DNA of 64,000 nt from Amoebidium appalachense (Eukaryota; Protista; Ichthyosporea): NCBI GenBank assembly GCA_963693365.1, contig CAVNZM010000009.1:3412231-3476230 (forward strand), read 5' to 3'. This document shows positions 1-13,166 of the stretch, piece by piece. Both the position numbers and the translations under genes were made by a program. The number at the start of each line of letters is the position of its first letter. The first letter of the stretch is position 1. The notes beneath the pieces are model-generated. The model worked only from the letters and a program-made list of their open reading frames with translations, made no database searches and was not told the DNA's origin.

Positions 1-405
1 AAGGAAGAGACGAGGCAAACCCGTGTATGTGTTGGGCCAAACCCCGGCGACATTCACACACAAAGATTAACATAGACCATTGAAGTGTGGGCACGAAATG
101 ATACCAGCAAGTGCAGAGAAATGGTGACAGGTGAGGGATGAAGAAAAGATGGAAAGATGTGGCATGAGAGGAACGGACGGGCGGGTGGGCGGGCGGAGGG
201 GGAAGGGGGGAGGGGGGGGGGGGGGGGGGGGGGGATGATGTTCTGATGATGGAGAGACAAGGGAATGGGGAAAGAAAGGGTAAACCCAGTATGCAAAGAA
301 AAAACGGGGGGCCAGAGGGGAGGAGGAGGAGGTGGTGGTGGTGGTGTTGGTGGATGGGGGAAGGGGTGGTGGATTGGCAGAGGGGGGGATGGGGGGGGGG
401 GGGGG

Positions 406-510
406 TTTGAATGCGTCAAAAAGTACGAAGTACCCAAGAACAAACGGATAACACGATGCAGAATGCAAGCCATACATAAAGAGTATGCATAATAAGCAGA
501 GCCCATCCTC
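406..510 (-). repeat. Poly(C)-ended structured repeat, subfamily A, truncated copy
   Basis: TTTGAATGCGTCAAAAAGTACGAAGTAC...ATAAGCAGAGCCCATCCTC on +, between G runs. Near-identical to the copies at 800, 47148 and 61408. Confidence 0.9.
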
Positions 511-767
511 GGGGGGGAGGGATGGGGGGAGAGGGGGGATTAGGTGGGAGGGAGGAAGGGGAGGGAGAAGGGGGTGTTAGTGTGAGAGGGGAAAGAACGA
601 CAAGAAAAGCAAAGGGGAAAAAATCACAGCACAATAACCCCCACAAGAACTTTGCACGCAAGAGACTCTGGTACAAAGCCCGTCATCGGTGAATCGCTTT
701 GCGCTTTTTAGAAAACGGTGCTTCGAAAGGAGGGGTAAGGGTGCTTGAGGAAAAGCGGGCGGGCGGG

Positions 768-799
<32 letters not shown>

Positions 800-801
<2 letters not shown>

Positions 802-911
802 TGAATGCGTTAAAAAGTACGAAGTACACAAGAACAAACGGATAACACGATGCAGAATGCAAGCCATACATAAAGAGTATGCATAATAAGCAGAGCCCAT
901 CCTCAGGGGGG
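800..911 (-). repeat. Poly(C)-ended structured repeat, subfamily A, truncated copy
   Basis: Same sequence as 406-510, flanked by G runs. Confidence 0.9.
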
Positions 912-1118
912 CCGGGGGTTGGCGGAGAGAGGGGGGGGGGGGAGGGGGAGAAGGGAACACGTGTTGCAAAGTACGAGAGAACACATTCATGACCGGGAGG
1001 CCGGGGGGGGGGGGGGGGGGGGGGCGGAGGAGGGAGGGGATGAGAGGGAGCAGGAGGGGGCGGGGCGGCCGGGGCGGAGGGGGGGGAGACGGAGGGGGGG
1101 TGGGAGGAGTTTTATACC

Positions 1119-2330
1119 ATCTGCGTAGGAAAAGAAAGTGTCTGCCTGGTTGTAAGTGTGGGACAGCAGGAGGGAGGGAAGAACAATGACAGCATCAAAC
1201 AGAGGCTTATCGGCCTGCAGAGCTGCCACAGACATGCAGCTGTGTTGGGATAAAAAAGGTTAAAAATTGTTTGTAATTTTTGTTAAATTGAAAGGGCAGG
1301 TCTTTATGCGAGTCGTTTAAGGAGAAAAATGATGGCGACGATCGCCGGGCGGGGGAAAGGGGGAGGGTGGGGGAGGCGGGGAGGGGAGGGGGGGAGGGGG
1401 GGGGGGGGGGGGGAGGAAGGTAAACAGAAGATTCCTTTATATAGCGATTGGTACCTCTAGAAGAAAGGAGATCACACCCTACATAGGCAAAGCCGATCAC
1501 TAAATCCGACGTCAAATCGACGTCACCTAACACCTTAAGCCTCAAAAATACAATGGAAACACGTGGGGCACAGAATCATACTGGGAGCACACAGACGAAA
1601 GACAGAGTGGTTGTGGCAGGGTATGTACTCTCCATCCCCCTCCCCCCCCCCCCCCCCCTCCCCTCCCCCTTCTTCCCCTGCATTTCCTATACAGGCAAAT
1701 GTAGAAGGGGTTAACATATCAAGCCCCCCCTCCCCCCCCCCCCTCCCCCTCCCCCCCTTACATGACCACCCATACCTTCCATTATTTTTCACTATTCATC
1801 ATATTTCTGCACCGAAACAGGGTGGGACAGGGGTGGACCGGGGGAACGGAGGGTTGGGGGCACGGGGGGGGGGGGGGGGGGGGGGGGGGGGGAAGAGGGG
1901 AATAAGGACCAGAAGTGGGGGGAAGGCGGTGTGAGAAAGGGGGGGGGGGGGGGGGATGAGGGGGGGGGTTCAAGGGAGGGGGGGGGGGGGGGGGGGAGGT
2001 GAAAATAGCAGAGTGTGAAGTACACGCTCATTCACCATGGAGAACATAATGCAGTCTTTCTATCTTTTTTTTTTGTGTGTGTGTGTGTGTGTGTGTGGGA
2101 GGGGGGAGGGGGGGAGCGGGGGGAGGGAGGGACAAGGTGGGGGAGGGGGGGGGGGGGGGGGGGGGGAGGGCTGGGGCGAGAGAGATTAAAGGACGTAGAG
2201 CCTACCTGTAGTACGATGCAAGAACTTGGTTAAAGAAAACAAAGTCGTTGCCCAGCAACACCTCAGACCTTCCGTAGCCTTCTGGTAGCTCCAAGGCAAC
2301 ATACAACCCCTCATCTGCCGTAGTGACAGC
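1119..2330 (-). other. Possible exons of an unidentified minus-strand spliced transcript
   Basis: Normal-complexity islands between G tracts with AG/GT boundaries on - (about 2330-2205, 1533-1455, 1240-1119). No recognisable domain and the reading frame is ambiguous. Confidence 0.3.
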
Positions 2331-2342
2331 CTGTGGGTGGGT

Positions 2343-2385
<43 letters not shown>

Positions 2386-2961
2386 ATATGGGAGAGTTTT
2401 TTCTTTTTCATTTTTTTTATTTTTTTTTTTTTTTGGGGGGGGGGGGGGGGAGGGAGGGAGGGGGGAGGAGGGGGGTAGAGGAGGCGAGTTTGAGGGGAGA
2501 GGGTGGGCGGAGGGCTCTGAGTGACGGCTTCGTTTATGTGTGTCAAAGAATTGTTGTCATACGACTGTATGTTTAGACTTCCCCGCAGGTAAACTTTGGA
2601 TGCACGAATGCATGGGTGGACGAGCGGAAGTTTCCGGCGGGGGAGAGGGGGGAAGGTGGGGGGGGGGGGGGGGGGGGGGGGGGACGGGGAAGAGGGACTC
2701 TTCTGCCTTGTTTGTGTGCTTCTATGCCATCTCCGCTTAGATTGGGGTTTAAGCCAGTGCACCTTAAAATGTGCGTGTTCGTGTGAGACAGAGTTGTCTG
2801 GATGAGAAAGCATGCTTTGTCGCACGGTAGGAATGCATAGCACAGCAAGTGAGGGCGTTAAAGTGCAGATTTGTAGAGATGGTATACTGGGGTGCAGTTG
2901 TGTGAAAGATTCAAGAGGGAGGGGGAAGGGGCGTAGCGATGGCTGGGGGCCGGGAGGAGAA

Positions 2962-2994
<33 letters not shown>

Positions 2995-4246
2995 GGAGGG
3001 GGGGGGGGGGAAGATGGGAGGGATCAACCAGATTCCTGTGCTAGAGAGATTGATTGGGAGAGGAGAGAGGATGAAGGAGAGGAAGTGATGGAAGGTGGTG
3101 CTAGTTAAAATATTTCTAGGGAAGGTGAAAGATGAGCAAGTGTGTGATGTTTGTAGCTTCTTTCCCTCTGTGTTGCCCCAGCTACGGGTAAATCTGTTGT
3201 GAGCTCTGTTCAGAACCAGACATGCGATACATCTCTTAACCGACTTCCACTGAAACAGCATGTAAATCAAAAACCGCATGCTGTGTTGGTACAAAAATAC
3301 TGAACAGTGAAGAAAGGGGAAGAGACTTGGTGAGAAAGTGGCGAAGCCCTGGGGCGCAGACACCGGGAACAGAAGGCTAGCGGGATTGGGTGGTGGTGGT
3401 GGTGGTGTGTGTGTGTGTGGGTGTTTGGGGGGGGGGGGGGGGGGGGGGGGGGGGAATGCCTTTGCCAGAAGGGCCAAGTCTCTGCCGGGGATCTTGACTG
3501 GAGCGCCGTTACCAGCACGAGAGGGTGGTGTGGGGTATTTAAGACAAATGAGCCCTCTAACTGGTATCATTTTCCGGACGATTGGAAACAAGTGTTGCTG
3601 GTTAGTTCAAGCCGTGGGTGGAATCTAATATATAATCTCTTTCAAAAGCAAACTGGCTTCAAGAATGCCTGGTGCCCTAATGAAAACAGTGAATGGCAAG
3701 TTCTTTAGTGACAACACGTATTGTAGTGGTCTTTTTTTAGCGTACAGCACACTGAAATATACAACAGCAAGAGAATGGTCTACGGCTGATAAACATCATT
3801 CATCAGCTTCGAAAGAACGCTGAGACTGAAACCGTCAGGGTTTGCCTTACGAGTCGTATTGGCCCGAAATACGATTAAGCACAGGGGCCAATACTGTCAC
3901 CTACTGAGGTCACTCGTATTTTTCCTTACACACACAGCGAACACTGGACTGTCGGGAACGTAGAGCCGCCGCGAGAGAAAGCATGCACGCGGTCGCGAGA
4001 GTGTAAGGAAAAATAGGGTGTGAGGCGAACGGCAAGTTCAAAGCAGCCCAGGCACCGTCAGTACGTGCCAGAGCTTGCTGTGCCCCGGTAGGTTTTGAGG
4101 GGGGCCTGTTGGGGGGCAGCACTCTTTTGGTGGTCATGTAGCCTGTGGCTGTACGTTTCCTTCATATATCCACTAGACCACTGATCAATAAATCCCAGTC
4201 AAGAGAAAAAAAAAATTACAAAACAGTTGGGGTTTTACAAGTCTAT

Positions 4247-4954
4247 TTGGGGTTTACACACTTTTTATTGCGTGGACATTACCGGAGGCCCAGCCACATT
4301 CGACGGCCTACTGCGTTTTCCAGCACAGCCAATCAAATGCAGCCAGTGATGAGAAGCACCCCACCAATCTTTGTCTCGAGTAAACAGCGTAAACCCCCAA
4401 TACGATTAACCGACAATACGATACCATTTGAGGTAAAACGATTAAGGCGGCCAAAACCGGGCAACCCCTGCGCTGACTCGAGTTGAATATATACCTTCTA
4501 CGAGGAGACACTCCGAAGTTAAAGCTCGATCGGCATCAATTGACCTAACTTTAATATCCAATGGTTAGTTGCGTTTTAAAGTTTGTAGTTTGATCTTGAC
4601 CAAAATGATTCGCTGATTGGTCAATGTCTCAGTTTCGATTCATTCGTCATCTGATGAAAGAGGGTTCTTTAATGAAAAACACATATATACTAATAAAACT
4701 TTTTGTGGTCGCGCGTCGCTAACAACTTGCCAAATAGTACCGCTAGATAGAGCAAAACATTAGCTTTCATTTAAGTATAGGGTCGAAGGGGTTTCGATCG
4801 CTGCGATGGGTCGAAAATTACGAAAAACAAAAAGTGTCTCGTAGAAGGTACATGAGGTTTACACACTTTTTATTGCGTGGACACTGCTGGAGGCCCAGCC
4901 ACATTCGACGGCCTACTGCGTTTTCCAGCACAGCCAATCAAATGCAGCCAGTGA
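4247..4954. repeat. ~100-bp direct repeat pair (4250-4349, 4856-4954) flanking the MITE
   Basis: GGTTTACACACTTTTTATTGCGTGGACA...AATGCAGCCAGTGA occurs twice, nearly identical. Each copy is followed downstream by CAGCGTAAACCCCCAAT (4385, 5248), which is inverted relative to the repeat start. Confidence 0.8.
4494..4848. mobile_element. MITE with TA target-site duplication (Tc1/mariner-type)
   Basis: Ends CCTTCTACGAG(GA)GACACT / AGTGTCTCGTAGAAGG are inverted repeats, flanked by TA at 4492-4493 and 4849-4850. AT-rich non-coding interior. Confidence 0.75.
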
Positions 4955-5450
4955 CATATGTACATGTTAGGCAGATGCTAGCATCGGTAGCTCCGATAGA
5001 AAGTTAAGGCACCGGATCACAATATCATACGTACATATTAGCCCTGCCCGACGATCATGTGGCTAATACAAGTACCAAATACTATCTGGATTTGTAATGC
5101 CACAATGTTTTATACACTACAAAACTATAATCACTTATATTAGTGTGATTTACAAGCTTTATTTGTCAAACATTTCAAGCTGTTGTGCACCATGGATACA
5201 ATGTTGTGCGTTTGTTTACACCAAAGATCGCGAGAGCCAATGATTCACAGCGTAAACCCCCAATGTACCAAATGTACCAATTGCAATGATTCCAGATGTT
5301 TTTTTTTTTTTTTAAATTAACTTCCAGGAACCAATCCTCGTGCACGTTCTGGCATTTACACATTCCTTAATTTGTATATAATCAACGAAACGTTCAGTCT
5401 GTGTACACTATTCAACAACTCTGTTGGCACTCGTTCGCACTTCAACGAAA

Positions 5451-6184
5451 ATGAATCAAGTAACATCTATTTTCTTTGCTCTTTGTTCCCTCGCGGCATC
5501 TCAGGCCGCACCAACACAACCGAATAATATCACGGGGCGGTTTCTTGTAGTGTCTGATTTTCACCTTGACCCGTACTATGGGCTAGAGGACGGGTATTCA
5601 CCGTGCAATGTCAGCAGCCCACAGTATGGAAGGTTCAAGTGTGATTCACCCATGGACTTGGTTGAATTGACATTGCAGGTGTGTATTTACTTGACAGCGG
5701 GGAACACGTAATTTTTTTTTTAATAAATATCTGTTATAAATAGTCAAAAAGCTGCTGTTCATACTGCCAGCAGGTTGGCTGGTATCTGTTTTGTGTCATT
5801 TTGGTGAACCTTTCGTTTTTTGTGTATTTGTCTCGTTTTCGAATTCGTCTCAATTCCATTTCACCGTCTTTTGGCTGGGTGCAAACCTGACATGATGGCT
5901 TATCTGTTTAGCAAGTACTATATGCTATATTGGATTTCATCGTTTCTTTGTTGCACAGCAAACGTAAACATGACAAATGTTAATATTGTTTTCCTTTAAA
6001 TTCCCCAGGCTGCACAGGCCACAATACCCGAGCCAGACTTCATCCTTGTACTTGGGGACTATGTACGTCACAAGGCAAACCTAATGCCCGACAGTCAGCA
6101 TGCCATAATAGCCACAATGCGCAATGTCACACTGGCACTGGAAAAGCATTTCCCAAAGGTATGTTTCAAAATGGAAAGGGGAGG

Positions 6185-6232
<48 letters not shown>

Positions 6233-6448
6233 GAGGGGGGGGGAGCGAAATCTCATAGGCTTACAATAATTTGCTAGTGATCTCAAATCCTCCCTCCCCC
6301 CCCCCCCCCCCCTCCATACAATCCCAGCCCCCCCCCCCCCCCCCCCCCCCCCCCCACCCCTCAACCCCCACCAACACACACACACACACACACATGCATG
6401 CACGCACACACACACATGCCAGACGCAAGCAAGCACGGGCGCACACAC

Positions 6449-6536
<88 letters not shown>

Positions 6537-6670
6537 ACACACACATGCACCATATTTCTGAGTTCCTTCCCTAAATTTGCCTTTTTCTCCCTCGAGGTTA
6601 CTGAAATGGGTGACTTACAGATAGATAGCAGATGGAGGTATTCGGCCTCTCTTCTCGGTCGAACCTAGCA

Positions 6671-6705
<35 letters not shown>

Positions 6706-7232
6706 GGCTCCCTCCCTATCCACACATACACATACCTATCCACCCACCCATTTCTTACTCACACATCCAGACAAACGTTCACACACACACACAAATACAA
6801 ACACTCAAACCCTCCCTTTATACCATCCCTTCCTACCTCGCTCCCCCAATGCCACTTTGAACAAGACTACTACAAGCATACCCCCCCCCCCCCTTCCCCC
6901 CCCCCCCCCCCCCCTGCCCGGTGGCCCCTTCCCGCTCCCCCCCCCCCCCCCCCTCCCCCGCCCACACACACACAGGCACAGTAAAACAACCTACAATAAA
7001 CTAACAATAATTATAAAACCCTCCTTGCGCAGGCGAAGCAAATGCACAACATCGAGAACATGCTTGGCAACAACGACTTTTCAAACGACTACTATATCGA
7101 CCCCACCAACACCACAGCCAACGGCAACTCACCGTGGATGGACCGAGTCGCTGATTTTGTCTGGCCGGACGTGTTCGATTCTGCAAATGCTGAACAGTAA
7201 GTATCATAATCCCGAACCAATTTTTCTCTACA

Positions 7233-7281
<49 letters not shown>

Positions 7282-9739
7282 AATAATAATAACAACAACA
7301 ACAATAATAATAAAAATAAATATATAAATGTTATAAAAATACTAAAAATAAAAATAAAAATGCGCCCATTCTATCCCATTTCCTCCTACACACAAAAACA
7401 CTATGTTATGTTTCCTTCATTCCTCGGGTCCCCTTGGTGAGCCTGCACTTGCTTCTTCTTCTACAGGGGGCAGTTTAGGTTAATCCATGGACAGCGGATA
7501 ACAAGAACCTTTTCTCCTCCCTATGAAACTACTTCCCCCTCCCCCCTCTCACCCCCTCCCCCCCCCCCTTCCCCCCCCCCCCCTCCCGCTTTCCCTCTCA
7601 ACCATACACACACATACACCATCCCACCACAACCAACAGAACCACCACCACCACCACCACCACCACCACCACCCCAGCCTACCCCACCCTCCCCCCATTC
7701 CTTCCCCTTACCACCTCCCGCCACCAAGTCCATAACACCTCCCACTCCATTTTCCCCTGTGTGAAAGCACTAGTGAGCACATTATCATGCTAAGAAGTAT
7801 TTGTGTGGACAGATGACTCTGTACAACATTCGAACCTTCTAACCTAAAAATGTGTTTTCATCAGAACGTTTCGTCAGGGCGGCTTCTACGAAGCAGAGCC
7901 AATCCCGGGGCTCCATATCCTGACTCTTGACACCATCCTATACTCGGTCAACCACGTACCCAACAACACAAACAATTTGTCAGACCCGTTCGGCCAATTT
8001 GATTGGTTGAATAAGACCCTTGCTCGCATTTCATTGGCTGAAGGTCACAAGGCATACATCGTGGGCCATATTCCACCCGTGATCGACAGCTTTGGGCTTA
8101 ACCCTATGTGGTTTCCCCACTACGTAGACACTTTTCTCTCCATTATTGATGGCTACCATGACATCATAGCCAGCCATTTTTTCGCCCACCTGCATGGTGA
8201 CGAATTCCGTACATTCGACCTGAGTACGTGCCCCCCCATTCTTCCCCCCCCCCCCCCCCCCCCCCCCCCCCCTTACCCTTCGGGCCTCTGTAAACCATTT
8301 GCTTTCCTATTTTTGGTTTGCAAACTTCGCACACACAGAGGTCAAACCCTCCCCCCCCCCCCCCCCCCCCCCCTCGTTCCCTTTGGGCCTCTGTAAACCA
8401 TTTGCATTCCTAATGTTGGTTTGCAAACTTCGCACACACAAAAGTCAACCCCCCCCCCCTCTCCCCCCCCCCCACCTACCCCCTCCCCTCCCCCCTGCCC
8501 CCCCCTCTTTCCCTTTGGGCCTCTGTAAACCATTTGCTTTCCTAATTTTGGTTTGCAAACTTCGCACACACAGAGGTCAGCCCCCACCCCCCACCCCCCA
8601 CCCACCCACTCACCCCTCCCCCCCATCCTCCCCCTCCCCCTCCCCCCCTCCTCCACCTACACCTTCTTTCCCTTTGGGCCTCGGTACGCCATATACTTTC
8701 TTATTTATGTTTTGCAAACTTTGCAGGCATAGAGGTCGACCAACCCCCCTCCCCCCCCCCCCCCCCCCCCCCCTCCCCACCCTCGGAGCCCTGTCCCCCT
8801 CAGCCCCGTCCACATTCCCCTTTCAATTCCCCTTCTCCCCCATTCACATCCCATCCAAGTCCCCCTCTTCCTGCACGTGCTTGTTCGTAACTAGGTGCAT
8901 TCTCCTCACGTGCTTCTGCACAGGCACACGACAAAACACATTTACACACGCAAGCGGCAAGAGCGCACACACAGACACAGTCTCCAGATTGGATGGACAC
9001 TCACAAACACACAGCACACACAAACTCACCCAGGCCCTGGTCGTCAAACAAAGGCGCCAGATTCCAATTTGAAATTGAATGCACTTAACCCCACACACAC
9101 ATCCCATGCGTGTGCACACAACTTAGCAACAACGGTAGGCCACACATACACACTGTGCATCCACAACTAGCCTAAACAACCACATTCCGCTCACCCCCCC
9201 TACCCCTCCCCAACCTTTCCCCCATGCATACACATACAGATCGTCCCTCTGGCAACAGCAGCACTCCCCTCTTCATCACCAGCTCTGTGTCGCCCATCTA
9301 CAACAACAACCCCTCTTTCCGTGTGGTCACATACAACACAGCATCAATGGTGCCCCAGGACTTCACAGTGCACGTTGTTAACATCACCGCAAATGCAACC
9401 ACCCCGGAGTACAGACGCGAATATTCAGCGCTCGAGTATTATGGTTTGTCGTCGATAAGCAACCACGAATACAGGAAGCTGGCTATTGGTTTCCTTGGCA
9501 ACGACTCTTCATGGAGTGACCTCAGCAATGTGTACAAGGGAATGGTATCGCAACCGGAATGTTCGGGACAATGCCGGTATAATCAGGTGTGTGCAATGAT
9601 TAACATCCGCCCTATTGATTATAGAGCTTGCGCTGCCGCCTATGTTAACGGAAGTTCAAGTATGGTTGATTCTACATCTACGGCTGTCACTAGCACACAG
9701 AGCAAGTACGAGTCTTCAACTCCCGCCAATTTTCTTTAA
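5451..9739 (+). CDS. Secreted calcineurin-like metallophosphoesterase (acid sphingomyelinase-like SMPDL3 / Ppn1 endopolyphosphatase-like), 5 exons
   Basis: Exons 5451-5678, 6009-6158, 7033-7196, 7865-8223, 9240-9739 join in phase via GT-AG introns. Signal peptide [19 protein letters not shown]. Motifs [60 protein letters not shown]. Confidence 0.92.
8276..8745 (+). repeat. Four ~72-bp hairpin-forming units separated by variable C-rich spacers (phosphoesterase intron 4)
   Basis: CCCTTTGGGCCTCTGTAAACCATTTGC..TTGGTTTGCAAACTTCGCACACACAGAGGTCA at 8276, 8379, 8511 and 8670 (last copy diverged). Confidence 0.9.
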
Positions 9740-10194
9740 CTGGATGCTGCCTGTGGTAGCGGCCGCATCCACAATTGGCCAAATATGGTAAATCTTAAAG
9801 CTTTGAGCACGTGATATATGTAATTGTTTTGACGCCACCGGATCATGAACATGCTGTTTGTAACAATCGAGAACCTGTGTATAGAAAGCTGGCTGTATAA
9901 ATGTAGAGGCACACCTACGAACATGATATTGTAAATAAAAGAGAACAAATGGCTATTGAACCGTTTGAAGTTCCTAAGAAAGATATTTGTTTTCCGACCT
10001 AAACCCAAACTGAAATTTCTAAATGTGCTCTGGTGGCATTATGTGGCCTTGACTGTATATATTCTGATGCATGTGTGTGTGTGTAGCACACGTGCGGTAT
10101 GTGCGTATGCGTGCGTGTGTGCCTGTGTGTGCAGGTCTGTGGATATGTGTGATACTGTACATGTGGATATGTGTGATACTGTACATGTGTGTGT

Positions 10195-10285
<91 letters not shown>

Positions 10286-10398
10286 ACATGCGGTTTGTGT
10301 GTGCGTGTTTGTGAGTGAGTGTACAGTACGTGTGTGTTCGTGCTCGTGTGTGTTCGTGTGTGTGTGTTCGTGCGTGCGTGCATGCATGCGTGTGTGCG

Positions 10399-10463
<65 letters not shown>

Positions 10464-10561
10464 CACGGTACATGTTTGTATGCGTGTGAGTACGTGCTCG
10501 TGTGTACACATGTATGTGTGTGTGTGTGTCTGTGTGTGTGTGTGTTTGTGTGCAGTGTCTG

Positions 10562-10614
<53 letters not shown>

Positions 10615-10704
10615 CAGTGTGTGTGTGTGTGTGTGTGTGCGTGCATGTGTGTGTACACGCGTGTGTGTGTGTGCGTGTGCATGCGTGCGTGCGTGCGTGC
10701 GTGC

Positions 10705-10736
<32 letters not shown>

Positions 10737-11026
10737 GTGTGTGTGCGTGTGTGTGTTTGTGTGTGTATGGGGGGGGGGAGGGGGGGGGAGGGTATTATTT
10801 TTCATGTGGTAGTTTGTGCTGTCTGTTCCCATAATTGCATCTAGCTAATTAGTGTCGGAGATCTACTCGAGGCCTAAAGCTTGTGTGTCTGTGTAAACAT
10901 CAGTGGTGGATTGGTGGATTGTGGGGTGGTGTGAAACATCAGTGGTGGATTGGTGGATTGTGGGGTGGTGCGTGCCTGTGTCTTTCATGGGACTACATAT
11001 ATTTTCCTAACATGTATGTATAGTGG

Positions 11027-11092
11027 GGGGCGGGTTGGTGCAATGGTAAGTATCTGCGCGTCATGCTCAGGATCGATCCTGGTTACTACCGA
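11027..11092 (+). mobile_element. tRNA-derived head (SINE-like or tRNA pseudogene)
   Basis: A-box-like TGGTGCAATGG at 11036-11046 and B-box/T-arm CAGG-ATCGAT-CCTG at 11068-11081. Spacing is too short for an intact tRNA. Confidence 0.5.
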
Positions 11093-11249
11093 TTTTTGTC
11101 GAGCTCGACGGTCCACTGGTCTGGCCGCCCCCTAGAAGCCATCACCCCAGACCACGTCAAGCAGCACCACCAATTTGTTATCATCCGGCCGCAAGACATG
11201 ACGTCATGAACAACACCGGCCCTCTGACGTCAACGGCGCGCCGTTGGAC

Positions 11250-11350
11250 TGGGATCCGGACAAGGCCTCCTACATGTGCTATTTAGGAGGCCTTGGATCC
11301 GGACAAGGCCTCCTAAATAGCACACCTATTTAGGAGGCCTTGATCCGGAT
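11250..11350. repeat. Nested palindrome/tandem cluster
   Basis: GGATCCGGACAAGGCCTCCTA..TATTTAGGAGGCCTT occurs twice, giving several alternative inverted pairings. Confidence 0.8.
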
Positions 11351-11681
11351 GCCCAAGCTTCGAAGCGACGTGCAGCCCGATCATAGGTCGCTACTGGACC
11401 TGTGTGATCAGCCCGCTGCCCGGGCCAGATGTCGATGGGGTTTACGCTGTTTACTCGAGGCAAAGAGAACCAGTCTCAGGTATGGGGGGGGGGGTTTTGC
11501 TCGGAATATCCCCTCAGCGGTATATCATGATCACGTACATAGATGTCGGGTGGTGACTATATATCAGGGTTTACTTTCTCTACGAGACACCATAAAGACT
11601 ACAAGGAGAAATCAATTAGTTGGGGTTCCCCGTTTTTTTTTTTTTAAAGGGGCTCCCCTCGGGACACTCGGTATCAGCTGG

Positions 11682-11734
<53 letters not shown>

Positions 11735-11754
11735 TGTGTGTGTGTGCGCGTGCG

Positions 11755-12975
11755 CTATAATTTTGTAGTGATGTGTTTCTCAAGCCAATCAATACATCTA
11801 ATAAACAGGTCGTAGTTACGCGTGTTTAGTATAAAATCAAGGATGTTGTAATTTACAGGTAGGCTATCTTTCTGGGTGTCTGTTGTGAATGTGACGTGTG
11901 TGTGTTGCGGTATTATGTGGTCTATCAAACTACATTTGGCGATACATGACCGGTTAAACTGGTGTGTGTGTGTGTTGTTTGGGCATGCAAATGATGCCAC
12001 CTTATACTTATTAGATCTCCACTGTATAGCACGTGTACAGTAAAAGCGTGGTAATTGATCAATAATACCATCAGCTAGAGAAAGACCAGTTCTACAGGAA
12101 GGTAATATGTATTTAGGTGTTATACACTTGCGAGTGCCATATTTGGCAATATGGTTGAGGCGGTCAGTATATATAAAACGAGACATAAGGCTTAGTTTTT
12201 CAAGGTGTATGCTTTCATCGGGTCTAGTGTCGTTTGGTATCTTTTTCCATTTGTTATATTGCGTGATTATCTTGTGATTGTGTACATGTTTAATAAGTAA
12301 GTGGCAGTCCAAAGTCACACACACACTATTGCGGGGTTTATTTGTATTTGTGCCCAGGGGAGAAGGGGGAGAGAGAGGGGAGGAAAGAGGGGAGAGGTGA
12401 GGAGGGGACAGGTCGGATAGAGAAGAGAGGGTGGGAGGGCAAATACTTCTTTAAGCGGCTTATGTGCTTATTGAATTTCAGCGCGAGATAGGATACTCTA
12501 GCAGCTATTGGGACCAGACCATATATCGAGAGCGTTACAGGCCCAGGTTTACAACAGTTGTTAGATAGAAAGGAGGCAACTTCTGCTTCAAGGAAATTTG
12601 CCAAGGGTTTAAGCGCTCTAGTTCTCTCTTTCTTGATCCAAGCGGCGAGAAGGGGTAAACCATATTCACATGCCGGGAAGACAAAAGTGCGAATAAATGT
12701 AAGTCTAATAGAAGGATGGAGGGGTGTGTCTTTAAAAATATTAGCCGAGAAGAAAGCTAACCGCTTACGAGCCAACTCTACCCTCTTTTCGACCATATGG
12801 GGAAACATAACACCAACAGAATCAACCGGAACACCAAGATATTTGTATTCTGGAACTATAGGTACAGGTTTAGATGATAATGTAAATGTGTGTAAATTGT
12901 TAGCTATATCAGGTACAAGAACACCACATTTGTCTATGTTAAGGATCATAAGGTTTGCCTTGCACCACTGTCGAT
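11755..12975 (-). mobile_element. 5'-truncated non-LTR retrotransposon fragment (RT C-terminus/thumb and Cys/His C-terminal region), interrupted
   Basis: QWCKANLMILNIDKCGVL..EYKYLGVPVD..TFVFPACEYGL in ORF 12338-13066, continuing after a stop into ORF 11755-12324 (WR..CPNNTHTHQFNRSCIAKC). The 3' end runs into (CA)n. Confidence 0.8.
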
Positions 12976-13166
12976 GGGCCCGGCGGCGCCTCCGCCCAGC
13001 CTGTCGGCAGGACAGATGCGTGAGCCACGGGCCGGTCAAGCTCGGCGACCCAGCCGGGCCTGTCACATTTTCGGGAACGTTTTTTCTATTTTCAGCTTTT
13101 CTTTTGTCTCAGTTTTTTCAGTTTTTTTCTCAGCATCTTTCGAAGTGGGCGAGAAATTAGTAGAAA

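Noticed and set aside
3409-3708. Plus-strand ORF with a protein-like tail
   Set aside because: No supported start, upstream exon or domain, and strand evidence nearby is conflicting.
8276-8745. CRISPR-like repeat/spacer appearance
   Set aside because: Eukaryotic intron, 72-bp units, low-complexity spacers and no cas genes.
10019-10844. Many ORFs of poly-CV, poly-HT, poly-P or poly-G (here and throughout)
   Set aside because: Translations of microsatellites and homopolymers.
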